This document shows positions 25,997-38,800 of a stretch of DNA of 64,000 nucleotides, piece after piece. This DNA comes from Marsupella aquatica (taxonomy: Eukaryota; Plantae; Marchantiophyta), in NCBI GenBank assembly GCA_973895155.1, contig OZ316898.1, positions 18,735,292-18,799,291 on the forward strand, given 5' to 3'. The notes under the pieces were generated by a model. It saw nothing but the letters and a program-made list of their open reading frames with translations. It made no database searches and was not told where the DNA came from. Each line of letters begins with the position of its first letter. The stretch's first letter is position 1. Position numbers and translations under genes: made by a program.

Positions 25997-26922
25997 TGTC
26001 AAGGTTATGCTCTCAACGTAGTGTCAAATCCAGGTAGTGATGACTGGATTCTAGATAGTGCATGTACTTTTCACATTTGCTCTAGGAGAGATTGTTTCAA
26101 TTCTTACACAGTTTCCAACGGGTTAGTGTTGATGGGAAATGGAATCCCATGTCAAGTTGTTGGACTTGGATCTGTAAGATTTCAGATGTTTGATGGTGCT
26201 GTGAGAACGTTGAGGAATATGAGACATATTCCCAGCATGATGAAAAATCTCATTTCACTTGGAGTTTTAGAAGCAAATGGCCATCAATGGAGTTCTGCTA
26301 ATGGTGTCCTTGAGGTTTCAACTGGTACGAAAGTTATATTGAAGGGAAAGAGACATTGCAATCTATACGTTTTGGAGGGCAGTGTAGTCTGTGATGAAGC
26401 CAATGTAACCTTATCTCATGAGGAGACGGCCCGGCTGTGGCACTTCCGTTTGGGCCACATGAGTGAAAAAGGTTAGGTTATTCTTCAGAAGAAAGGATTA
26501 CTTTCTAATTTGCAGTCTTGTAAGTTGGAATTTTGTGAGCACTATGTGCTTGGGAAACAGCACAGGAAACCCTTCGGAGTTGGAACTCACACCAGCAAGG
26601 AGGTACTTGAGCATGTACATAGTGATGTGTGGGGTCCAACCCCTACTCCCTCACATTCTGGACGATTATACTATGTCACGTTCATTGACAATTACTCAAG
26701 GTATGTGTGGATATACTTTCTACACAGTAAGTCTGATGTTTTTGCCACTTTTAAGGAGTGGAAAGCCCAAGTTGAGAATCAAACTGGTAATAAGGTGAGA
26801 TATCTACGATCGGATAACGACAGTGAATACAGTTCCGGGAAATTTGGAATGTATTGTAAGGAGCAGGGAATTACCCGCCATCTCACAACAAGTTATACTC
26901 CTCAGTAGAATGGTATTTCTGA
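25997..26922 (+). pseudogene. pol: Copia B pol 5' part (protease, integrase N-half)
   Basis: WILDSAC, LWHFRLGH, HSDVWG, LRSDND; stops at ~26474 and 26906. Confidence 0.92.
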
Positions 26923-27052
26923 CAAGGATCATGTGCTCCTGAGGGGAATGTGGGGGGGGAGCGATGGCGCAAGGAGAATTGGCGATGGCGCACCCTTAGG
27001 GTTGCGCCTCGGCTGTTTAAGGTCCTTGAACAAGTGAGGTGAAGTGTCGGGG

Positions 27053-29416
27053 ATGAGTAATGCGACGTCTCAAATGCAGGGATTTAGAGTGCAAGAGAAA
27101 GGGATGGAAAACATGGACAACCGAGCAATGAGTAGAGATCCAAAATTCAAAGACATGACCACGGACACGGAGATGGAGATCCAGCCGGCAGAGTACACTC
27201 TTGGCGATGTCAGGATGACATCGAGGGTACAGGGGTCTCTGGCGGATGAAGCACACAATAGCTTGAAAGGAGACACAGTCAGACAAGCTGAAAAGGGCAG
27301 GACTGGCAATGTCAGTGTAACAGCTATGAGGGTGGTCACTGAGAAGTCAGGAAGGAATAAAGAAACTGAAGAAATTGCATGGGGAAACAAGATTTCACAG
27401 CAGGTGGAGGCCACACAAGTGAATGGAAAGCACAATGGAAAAGCGCAGCTAAAGATGCAAAGGGCGGAACCAAGCAGTGAGAGCAGACCTGGCAATACCT
27501 CGGGGTCAGGGACCAAAAGGGCACAGGTTGAACAGAGCAAGCTGATCATCGAGTCTTCACCCTCTGACAAACTCAAGACATTTATTGAAAACAATGGAAG
27601 CCAACAAACAGTAGATTGCGATAGAATGCTCACACACAATGGGCAGCTGACCAACAAAAGTGTCTTGAATGGTGTTCATGAGGAGTTAGAAGAAAACCAG
27701 GAAAAGACAGGGAATTTTGGTTTCTTGGACCCAGCATGGGACCCAGCGGAAGGGGATGACACGGAGGGATACCTCAATGGGGGGGACAGTGATGAAGAGG
27801 AGGACGAAAACCCCTACGACCACAATCTGGACAAAGAAGCAGGGTTGCATGTGTCTAATGAAGATCTTCGTGCTCAACTCGCACATCTGCCTCAAGTCCC
27901 TAACAAGCCATCGCCAGGAATGAGGTCAGAAACTCTAGTAGTAGACAAGAATATCGTTGCTAGCCGAATTCTGCATTTACAAAATCGTGGGATTATCATG
28001 TACACCGTTGACTTCAATCCTTCAAGAGACTATTTCGAAGAATGGGCACATGAAGTAATAGGCCACAAAATGGGGATCGCAATAGAGCAAATCAAGGTTC
28101 TGTCCAGGTACACTTTTCTGATTGTTGTGTCCACCCCTGAGGAGCAAACCTCTATCCTTCTGGAACCATATCTTAGCATGGGTAGGAAGATGGTGATTGC
28201 TATGCCGTGGACACCTGATTTTGATGCCAAAGCCATGAAATCTACTAGAGCGCCAGTGTGGGTCGATCTGCCGCTGCTTAACCCGGCTTTTGAGTACTAC
28301 GCAAACCAGATGTTAGCAAAAGTGGGGAAAGTACTCTATGCACAGACTGCACATGGTAGAAGTAAATTTTCACATATTCGGGGTTGTGTGCTTTGCAACC
28401 TAAACGCTGATCTTGTAGAATACATAGACATGAATATCCCAGGGGTTGGCCACTACCGGGTGGATGTAATTTATCGCACTCTACCAGATGCTTGCTTTGC
28501 CTGCAAGCAAAGAGGTCACATAGCCAGATACTGTCCTAACAAGCCAAATGTGGGAAAAAGCAATGGGGACCGGGCAAATGGAATTTCCAATCTAGAATCC
28601 ACAGGGAAACAGGGGAAAGCGCCAGTCCAGGTAGACAAAGAAGGCTTCACTATAGTCAAAACTCGGGCCCCACACAAAGGTGATAGGAATAAAGGGGAAA
28701 CATCCACCACACAAGACCGGAGCAGCAATCCCTTTGATGCTTTAGCACAGCTGGATGACATCGAAGATGGAGAAATTGTACCTGAGCAAATCACAAATGT
28801 GGCCCAAAAAGAGGAAGCCAATACTGAAAAGAGCACAAGGGAATCAAAGGAAAACAACACAAAACAAATTGAGCCTGCTGAGAGCAATGGGAACGGTGAG
28901 GAGGAAGCACCAACAGCCATTCACAACACCAACCTAATGAATAGTGCCTCGTTGGAGGCGAACGCTATGGAGCCTACCAAGGCAGGGGAGGGAGCAGAAC
29001 CAATGGAGACTGACAGCAACAAAAACACAAGGAAAGCGGTGCCTTCACCTATAAATGCTTGGGGTACTGGGGCCAGTGTCTCTCCCTCCAAAACAGGGAC
29101 GCCAGCACGACAACAACCCAAGAAAACTAAGAAGAGCAATCAAACAGCAGTGATTCCAACCTTTGTGAGCGACCGAAGAATGGCAGAATTTCTCCCAGAA
29201 GAAATTCCATATCATGTGAGTGACAGAAGTGGTGGGACTGAACCAAGGATGCTCTGCTTTGACCAAGCTCAACCCAACAACAGTAACGGAGGGGGTCGGG
29301 ACCAACGAAAGGGTGGCAAAGAGAAGAACACAAATGAACAGGGGAACAAGACAACAACGGAAGAGAAGGGAACAGGCCCGAACAGAAGTACTGTCACACA
29401 CAAAAAAAACTGCTTT
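27053..29416 (+). CDS. LINE ORF1 protein (DUF4283-like region plus CCHC knuckle); true 3' end unclear because the frame runs into ORF2
   Basis: MVIAMPWTPDFD...PVWVDLPLL, YRTLPDACFACKQRGHIARYC; low-complexity termini. Confidence 0.8.
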
Positions 29417-32400
29417 ATGATGACTGACGAACTTACTGTGAGTCAATGGAATGTTAGGGGACTCAACGACCCGCTGAAGCTGAAGCAGATTGGTGGCTGG
29501 ATCAGAAAAAACAAACAAGAGACGTCGATCTTGTGCCTACAAGAACTGAAAATTAAAAAGGATAGGGCAATTTTCCAACTGGGAGTCTTGGCACCGACCG
29601 CAACGAAGTTGGTGGATTGTGATGAGAACGGGAAAGTGGGCGCAGCGTTGATTATACCAAATAATCACCAAATCTTGGACCATGGGAATAAGGGGGACGG
29701 GACCTTTGTGTGGGCAAGCATTCTGACCACCAAAGGGGAAGTGAGTATTGGTTTGGTTGATACATGATTGAGTGATGGGAACATGATTGAGTTGTGGGAC
29801 GACGCTGTGGGCCCTAACTCGCTACTCCATGGATCAAAAGCTAGGGCATGGAATAAACTCTCAGACCATCTGGATCTTGTTGACAATTACCTTTGCGCTG
29901 GCACCAGGAAGGGCCCGCATTTCTCTAGGCAAGCTAATTATGCTGGTCGGCTTGATCAATCTAGACTGGATAGAAACTACAGTAGCAACAGGAATCAGTG
30001 GTGCGAGTATATAAGATTATGTACTCATGACGGACGGGAAACTCTCTCAGATCACATACCTGTTTCCACAACCTTTGTTCTGCAGCAGAAGATGCAATCT
30101 GGACCCGGGAAGAAATCTACATACTTTAAGATGCATCCGGAGTACGTGGACTCACAAACTCTGGAAGGTGAGATGAAAACAATCTGGCAAGCACAGATGA
30201 GTGATAATCGTGACCCCCGGGTTAATTGGGACCTGGCTTGGGGCGCAGTCAAGAAGCTCCAACAAGCGGAAAAAAGGAGAAGGAACAACAGCAGATCTCA
30301 AGAGCATCCAAGTAACGAATTGCAGGAGGCTAGGATTGCTGCAGGGAACAATCCGTCTAGGGCGAATCCGGATGAGCTTCGGCAGATTGAAGACAAGACC
30401 AGGAAGGTGGCGAAGGATGATGCAATCAAGCTGAGGTGTAGAAGCAGAATTAGATGGCTGAAATTGGGTGAAGCTCCCACCAAATACTTCTTCAACTAAC
30501 TCAAAGCAAAACAAGCCAAGGAAAGCATCAAACAGCTACGCCTGCAGAGCGGGGAAATCTGTGAAGATGAAGAGGTGATTCTCCAAGAAATCTTCTCCTT
30601 TTACAAGCAACTATACTCGAAAGACCCGCAAGTGGATACACATCAAATGCAAAAAGATGAGGTATTGCGGCTTATCTCCAAAAAAGTAAATCAGGAGGAG
30701 AACTCTATGATCACCGAGATTCCAGGAGCGGAAGAAATCGAAAAAATTGTTACTAACATGCCAAAAGAAAGAGCACCTGGAATTGACGGAGTGACCATAG
30801 AAATGCTACAGAAAGGATGGGAATACATGAAGCAGCCTTGCATTGATATGATCCAAGCCTATTGGGAGGATGGCAAGCTATCGTCCAAGGCATCTGCCGG
30901 GGTGATCAAACTCATCCCAAAGAACAACAATACCTTGGACCTGAGTAACTGGAGGCCACTAACCATGCTGACCCTGACCGAAAAGATTGTGGCCAAACTC
31001 CTGGCAAACAGAATTAAGAAGGTGGCAGGAAAATTGGTTGATCCACAACAAACCGGTTTCCTCGAAGGAAGAGACATTCTGGATAACTTATTGACGTTCA
31101 AGATTGGACATGAGTTGGCAACCATCAAGCAGATGCCAACTATTTTCCTCAAACTGGACTTCACTAAAGCTTACGATCGAGTTGCTCACTCTTTTCTATG
31201 GTCGGTGCTGACAGCGATGAACTTTGACCACAAGGTTATCTCGCTCATTAAAGGACTGGTGGAAGGAACACAATCAAAAGTGCATATTAATGGTAGGTTC
31301 ACTGAACCCATTGCTCTGGGTAGGGGTGTCAGACAAGGGTGTCCACTATCTTCACTGCTGTTCACGCTCACTACCCAACCTCTGATGTCCTTAATCAAGG
31401 AAAAGATCAGCGAGGGACAACTGCAAGGGCTGAAACTTCATGACAATAATCATCTGTGCCATCAGCTGTTTGCTGATGACACTGGCCTGTTCCTCACTGC
31501 AACAGAAAGGAATTTTCAGATTGCTCGTGCCACGATCCAGAAGTATGAGGACATCTCGGGAGCCCTGCTAAACCTTCAGAAGTCAAAAATTATTCCTCTC
31601 TATCTAAGTGACGGCAGCTACCCCAGCTGGCTACATAGCATAGGTTGCAGTATTGCCAAACAGGGAGAGATTATTGAATATCTTGGATGCCCGATCGGCT
31701 ACAAGATCCGCCCTTCTCATGCGGCTAGCTTTATGATGGGAAAGCTGAGAAAGCGACTATGCCACTGGACCAACCAAAGTCTTTCTATGACCGGCAGGGC
31801 GGTCCTGCTGAAACATGTTCTGAGGGCTATCCCCACGTATCATCTCATGTCGATGGAGTTGCACAAGACTGGTTACCAGGAGTTTGGAGAAAGTTTGCAG
31901 GCGATTCCTATGGGGCCCGTCGTCCAACAATGGGTACAAAAAAGCTCTAATTGCGTGGAAAGACATCACTACCCATAAGAACGATGGAGGTTTGGGCATT
32001 TTGCCCTTTGCTGAGCAAGCCCAAAACCTGAAAATGAGACATATTAGCAAGCTCATCATGGGAACAAACAGTGAGTGGGTCAAGATGACCGAGGAGATTA
32101 TCAAGAAGGGGCTGCAGTCAGGACCAGGAAAGAAAGAGAGAAGACATTGGTCACCCACGGAAGCGATGCTCCTTACAACTGAGCTCTCCATCAAAGGATC
32201 CCGCACTGTGAAAGGCCTTCTCAAAGGGTGGACTGACAAAACCAGACAACTCAAATTCAATTTTGGATCTGGTAAGTTGCCCTCTACCCTAACCATGGAG
32301 CAGACTGCGCTATTATATGAACGTAACAATCAGATCAGCGACCTGGAAGGGATTGATCTCAGGAGGTTTCTTGCTAACCGGGGAATTAAACGGATATCAG

Positions 32401-33278
32401 ACCTTTTCTCCCCCATGGACGGCTGGTTGGATAGCGACACCCTCTGCAATCCCATACGGAGCAATAGACACTGTGGTTTTGATGCTTTCAACAGGTTCTA
32501 TGACATGCTGAGAAGAAGTAATGGCCTCTTTGAAGGCAATCTGCACCAATGCGAAAGCTGGCAGTGGACTTGGAAAGGGAAGAATCGTGGATGGAGATTT
32601 CCAAATAAGGTCTGGACCCAATGTTCCCCAAAGTCTAACCTTGACGTGACCAAGATTAACAGGAGATGGGGACAGCTGAAGACCAGGGCACAATGGAATC
32701 AACTATGGAAGAGCCTGTGGGGGGGATGGACATTTCCGAAAGTGAGATTTCTGATTTGGAGGTTGCTTAACCATGGTTTTTTCACCAACGGGAGGGGAAG
32801 CCACTGGAAGGTGAGTGATGGGATATGTGTGAGATGCAAGCTCTGTTTTGAGCACACGGAACACCTTTTTTTCAGCTGCAGAATGGTGACCGAACGGTGG
32901 CAAGAGGTGTACAATGCCCTGCAGGAGGCTCCAACTCTTAAGTTTCCTAACCACAATTTGTTTACCGCAATTTCTTATGCGGTCAGGACACACAAACGGA
33001 AACCTGGGCCACTTATCATTCTGATGGAACTATGCAATAGTATATGGAAAGAACGAAACGCAGCAACATACTCACAATTCCTTGGGCGTCTCCCCGGATG
33101 GGTGACCCTGCGACAGTCTGAAATTCACCTCAGGGCCTTGTACGGGGGATGCACCACTCCTAGGAAAAGCAAGCAAGTTAGGAAAGCCTTGGACCAGATT
33201 CAGCTTGTGCTGAAGCCATGGGAGCAGACTGAGAGTCCAGTTGCCTTAGACCTCTCTATTGATGACAGTGAACGATGA
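29417..33278 (+). pseudogene. LINE ORF2 (APE endonuclease, RT, C-terminal zinc-binding domain), disrupted
   Basis: WNVRGLN, LCLQE, SRLDR, LSDH endonuclease; APGIDG, NWRPLTML, KLDFTKAYDRV, GVRQGCPLS, LFADD RT; C..C..EH..HLF..C. Lesions: stop at 29765, TAA at 30497, frameshift at ~31880. Confidence 0.93.
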
Positions 33279-33698
33279 AGGTTTGTCCCTGTTACTCTGG
33301 ATTGATTCAACTCCTTGGGTCAATATTTGGATGAAGAATAGCAACCACATGTACTCTGGTTTTCGCGCTACGTTTGACCTACGCCAACTCGGGATGGAGC
33401 ACAAACATTCGCATGACTTTCCCGACCAACTTGCGTGGTGTCGAAAGGGGATGGGTTCTGCCCAAAGGGGCTGGGTGTTGGCTACCACCTGGTGGCTTCA
33501 CAGGTCCTTTTGGCCTGATTAGGGTTTTTTTTCTTTTTTTCCTCCCGGTTTTCCGGGTTGCCACTGGGGGTGGCTTTTGTCCCCCTGGTGGTGTGTGCTG
33601 GTTCCGGCCCTTCTCCGGTTCGTTGACGGTTTTTTTTTTTTTAAATAAATTAATTAATTAATTAAAGAAAAAATAAAAAAGTAGAATGGTATTTCTGA

Positions 33699-35563
33699 GA
33701 GACTCAACCGAACACTATTGGACCGCTCGAGGAGTATGTTGAGTCAATCATGCTTACCACATGAGTTTTGGGCTGAAGTTGTCAATACTGCAGCTTATTT
33801 GGTAAATTTTTCTCCATCCAATTCTATTGGATTCAAGACACCATATGAAATGAGGTACGGGCGTCCAGCAGATTACTCACATCTGAGGATTTTTGGATGT
33901 GATGCTTATGTGCTTACACCTTCCCAGCTTCGATCCAAGTTGGAGTCCAAGTCGAAGAAGTGCATTTTCCTTGGCTATCAGAAAGGTGTGAAAGGTTATA
34001 GGTTATGGGATCCAGTAACTTGTAAACTAATTGTCAGTAGAGATGTGTCCTTTAATGAATCCAGATCATCAAAGGAGGGGGAGAGTTCTCAGGACTCCCA
34101 TACTGCCAAGGGGAAATCTCCCATCCCGGACCGGGTTGAGGGGGAGATTAATCATGATGCAGTTCATGATAGGAGAGATGGAGAAGCTCCGGGCTTGGAG
34201 CTGGTTCCTGTGATGGAACAAGAGGAGCAGATTGTTGCTGGGGTACCTCAAATTCAAGCAGCAGTAGCAGCAGATCAGCCTGAGTCATCTACTAGAAGAA
34301 CTTTCAATCGTTCTACTAGAGCTCCTACCAGGTATGGTCAATGGGCAGACTCATCTAAGCTAGATGATATTGACATTGCACCTGATGATGATGACATGAC
34401 TTTGATCTTGGAAGAAGGAGAGCCTTCTTCGTACAGTGAGGCTTGTGCTTCAGAGCAGAAGCATGAGTGGAATGCAACAATGTAGAGGGAGTTGCAATCT
34501 TTGAGTGACAATAAGACATGGAAGCTGGTGGAGCTTCCAAGAGGTCAGCAAGTGGTGGACAGCAAGTGGATTTACAAGTTGAAGGATAGTCCTTCAGAGG
34601 GTGGAGACAAGATCTACAAGGCAAGACTTGTTGCCAAGGGGTTCACTCAGGAGAAAGGAGTGGATTACAATGAGGTCTTTTCACCGGTGGCTAAGTATTC
34701 CACAATTCGGATCTTGTGTCAGCTTGTTGTGTTTTTTGGTCTGGTGATGGATCAGATGGATGTTGTTATTGCTTTTCTCTATAGCAACTTGGAAGAGTTG
34801 ATCTTCATGAGACAGCCACTAGGCTTTATGAAGAAGGGCCAAGAGAACTTAGTTTGCAGATTGCTCAAGTCCTTATATGGATTGAAGCAGTCTCCCAGAC
34901 AGTGGAACAAGCGGTTTGATGATTTCATGCTTGCTCAAGGTTTTACAAGGATGGTGTATGATCCTTGTGTGTATACAAAATCAGTCAAGAATGATGTATT
35001 TGGTTTCATCATTCTGGTGATCTATGTGGATGACATGCTGATTGTGGCTAAAGATCAATCTGAGGTTGACAGTCTCAAGGCAAAATTGAGTGTTGAATTC
35101 AGGATCTTGGTAAAGCCAAGAGGATCTTAGGGATGGAGATTTGTAGGAACTCTGATACTGGACAGTTGTGCTTGAGTCAAGGCCAGTATGCAAGGAAAGT
35201 ACTTGCACGATTTAACATGGAAAATTGTAAGCCAGTGAGTATTCCTTTAGCTTCACATTTCAAGTTATCATCGGCTTTCTCTCCTACGGATGCTGTGGAG
35301 AAAGGTCTGATGACTAAGATTCCTTATGAGAAGGTAGTAGGCAGTTTGATGTATTTGATGACTTGTACTAGGCCTGACTTGGCCCTAGCGATGGGCAAGG
35401 TTAGCAGATTCATGTCAAATCTAGGGAAGGTACATTGGGAAGCTGTGAAGTGGATTCTCAGGTATCTGAAGGGAACACAAGACTATGGATTATTATTTGA
35501 TAACAGATCAAATAGAACGTTAGTTGGCTATGTAGATTCTGACTATGGAGACTGTCTGGATAC
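33699..35563 (+). pseudogene. pol: Copia B pol 3' part (integrase C-half, RT), truncated
   Basis: FWAEVVNTAAY, GYRLWD, YKARLVAKG, YVDDML, GYVDSDY; stop at 34483, frameshifting deletion at ~35103. Confidence 0.93.
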
Positions 35564-35599
35564 GTTCCCCTTCTGGATGGTCCCCTGAGAGGGGTTATT

Positions 35600-35838
35600 C
35601 CCACGGGAACACACAAGAGCTTTACTGCACTCTAGGCCAACCGGCCATACCAAGCATCCACAACACAAGCTCTCCCTATATCTCAACTAGCTCCATAACA
35701 ATGAGCCTAAGTTCCACCAGGGTCTGGCATCAGCCCTGGCTTAATACACTACAACACTACCGCTAACATTAGTTAAGTCCTAACCCGAGACTAACTATGG
35801 TTAGCTCATGAATCACAAGACTAGAGCAATATCTAACA
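35600..35838 (-). repeat. Partial copia LTR (5' ~240 bp in element sense), same orientation as the LTR at 17328-17733
   Basis: ccacgggaacacacaagagc...gactagagcaatatctaaca matches 17490-17733 with several substitutions and indels. Confidence 0.92.
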
Positions 35839-38800
35839 AGTACCATGAAAGTAAATAAGGTTATACTAGAGGCATAACCCAACACTTTTGGCTCCAATTG
35901 TCACACAAAGCTTTCTTTACCTGTTGGTTACCCTCATATATAGTGATCAGTCAACAAAGTAGTATGTAGACCCCTTGTTGGACCTGTGGTGAAGACTTTC
36001 AATGAACATTATCTATCAGATTTATTATTAGCTGCTAATAATGGCCTTGGCAAAGGTCTTCTCCAAACATATGCTTCAATGCTTGTAAGGAAACTAATAC
36101 ATGTTACTAGCTATTATAATGTTCATGAAATCTAAACTTGCAACCTCAAAATTTCTTTCCCCCTCCTGCCCATCCTAAGCTCTTACCTACAGGTTTTCTT
36201 TCTTTTTCCTCTCCCAATCCTAGCCCCCATTTTCTGATTTGTACATTTCCCTTCAATCTCTTTCATCTGATTGGTTTGTAAACTAAGGGTCATCGGATTG
36301 TCCTGAGAAATCCATTTCTTCAATTCTTCAGTAAGTAGGTCCCCAAGCTAGGCAGCAATGTAAAACATCTCAGCCCAAATGGACTTCCCGGGGTCCCCAC
36401 TACTTTTCTTTTGACCCATTGCGCGCAGATAAGTTAGAGGTTTTATAATTTGATTGGGCAAAAGACTTTAGAAGTTTCCTAAAGTTCTTCAACAAAACTC
36501 CCAAGACTCCAGAAATATATCCCATGACTTTTAAGTACAATAGGGGTGCTGAAAAATGCGCTTCTTCAAATTAAGTTGTAAGATCAAAATAGGGAAATTT
36601 TGATATCTTTAATGTGTGATGATACCTGTCACAATTTCATTGCCCAATGTATACTGCCTTTAGGAATCAGCTAGGGGTCACACAAGGGGTTTTATGGCGG
36701 GTTTTAGGGGACATTTTAAACTATGTTCCGACCCTTGCACGGGAAGCATGGCAGGAGGTGGCGGTTGATGGGGGAAGGATGTGCCTCAAGTTTAGGTTAG
36801 TTCTCGTTCGAACAGGTGCCGTTGTGGCCATTGTGCCATAATCAGAAACCAGATCAGGAAGCAAAGGCAGGCGTCTGTGTTTTCTCATTGCATTTCCATG
36901 TTCCATGATTTGATTTTTTTATCAGTGTTACTTGTCTTGTGCTGTCCCAACGGGGTCCCAACTGCACAGTTGTTGGCACTCAAGCTGTGCTGCTCTCTTG
37001 GCCGTGTTGTGAGCCGTGCTGCTATCATTTGTTCTTCTGGCTGTGCCATCCAATTTTCCTATGCCAATTTTTCTCCCAGCCGTGCTCTCGTTTCCCTTTA
37101 AATACTAAATGTACATGCCCACTCCTTAGTGTTTGCAAGCTCATTCTCTTGGCTGCCCTATTGTTTTTGAATGTGACATCTATTGTTTCTTCTATTGACT
37201 ATGTTGTCCCGAACATGCTTGAGTTTAGTTTGGTGCTCTCTAGCTTATTCGCTCTCATTCTTCCATGCTCTCCTGATTGTGCTTGTTCCATGCGCTCTCA
37301 GTTATTTATGTAGACACTTACTAGGTAGCACACAAACAAAGAGGAGGGAGATCGACTGGATCAAATGTTCTCAAGAAACAAGAGGAGAGGGAGCCGATAA
37401 GAACACTGTTGATGAGGGGATTTGAGCTGAAAGCCAAGCATGCATGCGTTGAGTGAAGAGGATTGATGGTTTTTGCTGTTGTGCTTATGATTTTGGGTCT
37501 TTCCATATATTGCTTGTTGTCCATGGCGAGGCAATGCAGAAGGAGTTACAAGGACCAAAATTTGGCCAAAGAAGTATAGGCCCAGTTCAATGGGTGTGGT
37601 AGAAGACTTCCAAAATTTTGTGGAACAATAAATAGGGCATGCTTTATTGATTGGTCGGCTTTAAAGAACAATAGGTCTATTTAGTTGTAAAACATTCTTT
37701 ATATAAAGTTTTTAGGGGTTTTTAAGTAAAAAATTGCAAAATTTAAAGAAAGAAATGGTGATATAAAAACAAAATTCACTTATAAGTTAGGGGCTCAAAC
37801 CCTAAAATATTGCACAGGTGTATGGCACTCCATATAGTGACTCCCTCAAGCCCTATCTCTTTGCTTTGAATACACTTTCAGAGTGCTGTTGGGCGGCCTC
37901 TATTCTCTATGTTTATCACTTTGACTTTATGATAAATTTTTCTTTACAATAAAATAAAATATATAAATTTTATAGGACCTTGGGTAGATTCTCCAAAGAG
38001 TGAACCGCATTAATATAGGGTGCAAGCTATAATGATAGAGCATACCTCTACTGAAGCATACTACAATAAATAGTGTAGTTTAGGCTCCAATCTATTGAAA
38101 GGGGACACAACCTTCACCAATTACACCAGCATACTATACCACCACCTAATGAGGGATCTCTTAAAATTAAAATAATTTATTTATTTTGTTATTCTGAGAA
38201 AGTTTTTTAAACTTGAACATCCTACAATTTGATTAGCTACAAATAGCCATGCCCATTGTCTTAGTACCTGTAGTGGAACTATTTACGGACCCCATTAGAG
38301 GTCCCTTCCAAAATTCCTGGCACCACAGCGTGCCACGTCAATAACGACCGCAACAAACAAGACTCGTCGATTTTGTGAATCAAATTTATAGTTTTCATTC
38401 GTGTTTGTGTCAATTTGGGTGTAAATTTTGGGATGCCGTGCCGTAAAAAGAAAAGTAAAAACATTGGAAATGCAAAGAGCAAGACGGTTAAAACTGTCAC
38501 TATGTAACCGTTTTAGTTTCATTTCTAATTTTAAACTTAAATTCCAAGATTTATAAAAAATATTTTTCATATAATAAATAATGACTAATAACTAACTTGA
38601 TAACTTTCTTGTTAAACCACAACTCCCGGTATGTAAGGACCTCTCGTATTGTACGTCCATTAATGCTGGGAAGAGCACATAGAAACCCAGGATCGGGGAG
38701 GAGGAATGGCTGGAATCTTGAAAGTTCATCGAATTTATACTCAAAACTATTTACTCATTCTCAAAACAAAAAATACCCAGTCTTAGATCTCATTGAGATC

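Larger units (their letters stand above)
26923..33680 (+). mobile_element. L1-clade LINE (~6.76 kb) nested in the copia B integrase; 18-bp TSD GTAGAATGGTATTTCTGA (26905-26922 / 33681-33698)
   Basis: TSD read directly; A-rich tail at 33643-33680; ORF1 and EN-RT-zinc-finger ORF2; the integrase sequence resumes exactly after the TSD. Confidence 0.96.
22941..35563 (+). mobile_element. Ty1/copia copy B, LTR-less internal segment (long leader, gag, pol truncated at the start of RNase H), interrupted by a LINE
   Basis: Reverse-complement homologue of copy A over 24400-26922 and 33699-35563; homology stops abruptly at ctggatac (35563). Confidence 0.92.

Noticed and set aside
25963-26003. A GT...AG mini-intron removing the gag/pol stop
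   Set aside because: Only 40 nt long, and its removal would shift pol out of frame.
17323-35843. Treating 17328-35838 as one intact LTR element bounded by its two LTRs
   Set aside because: Flanks differ (acaca vs agtac), the right LTR is truncated and diverged, no PBS is present, and the interior contains an inverted second copy.
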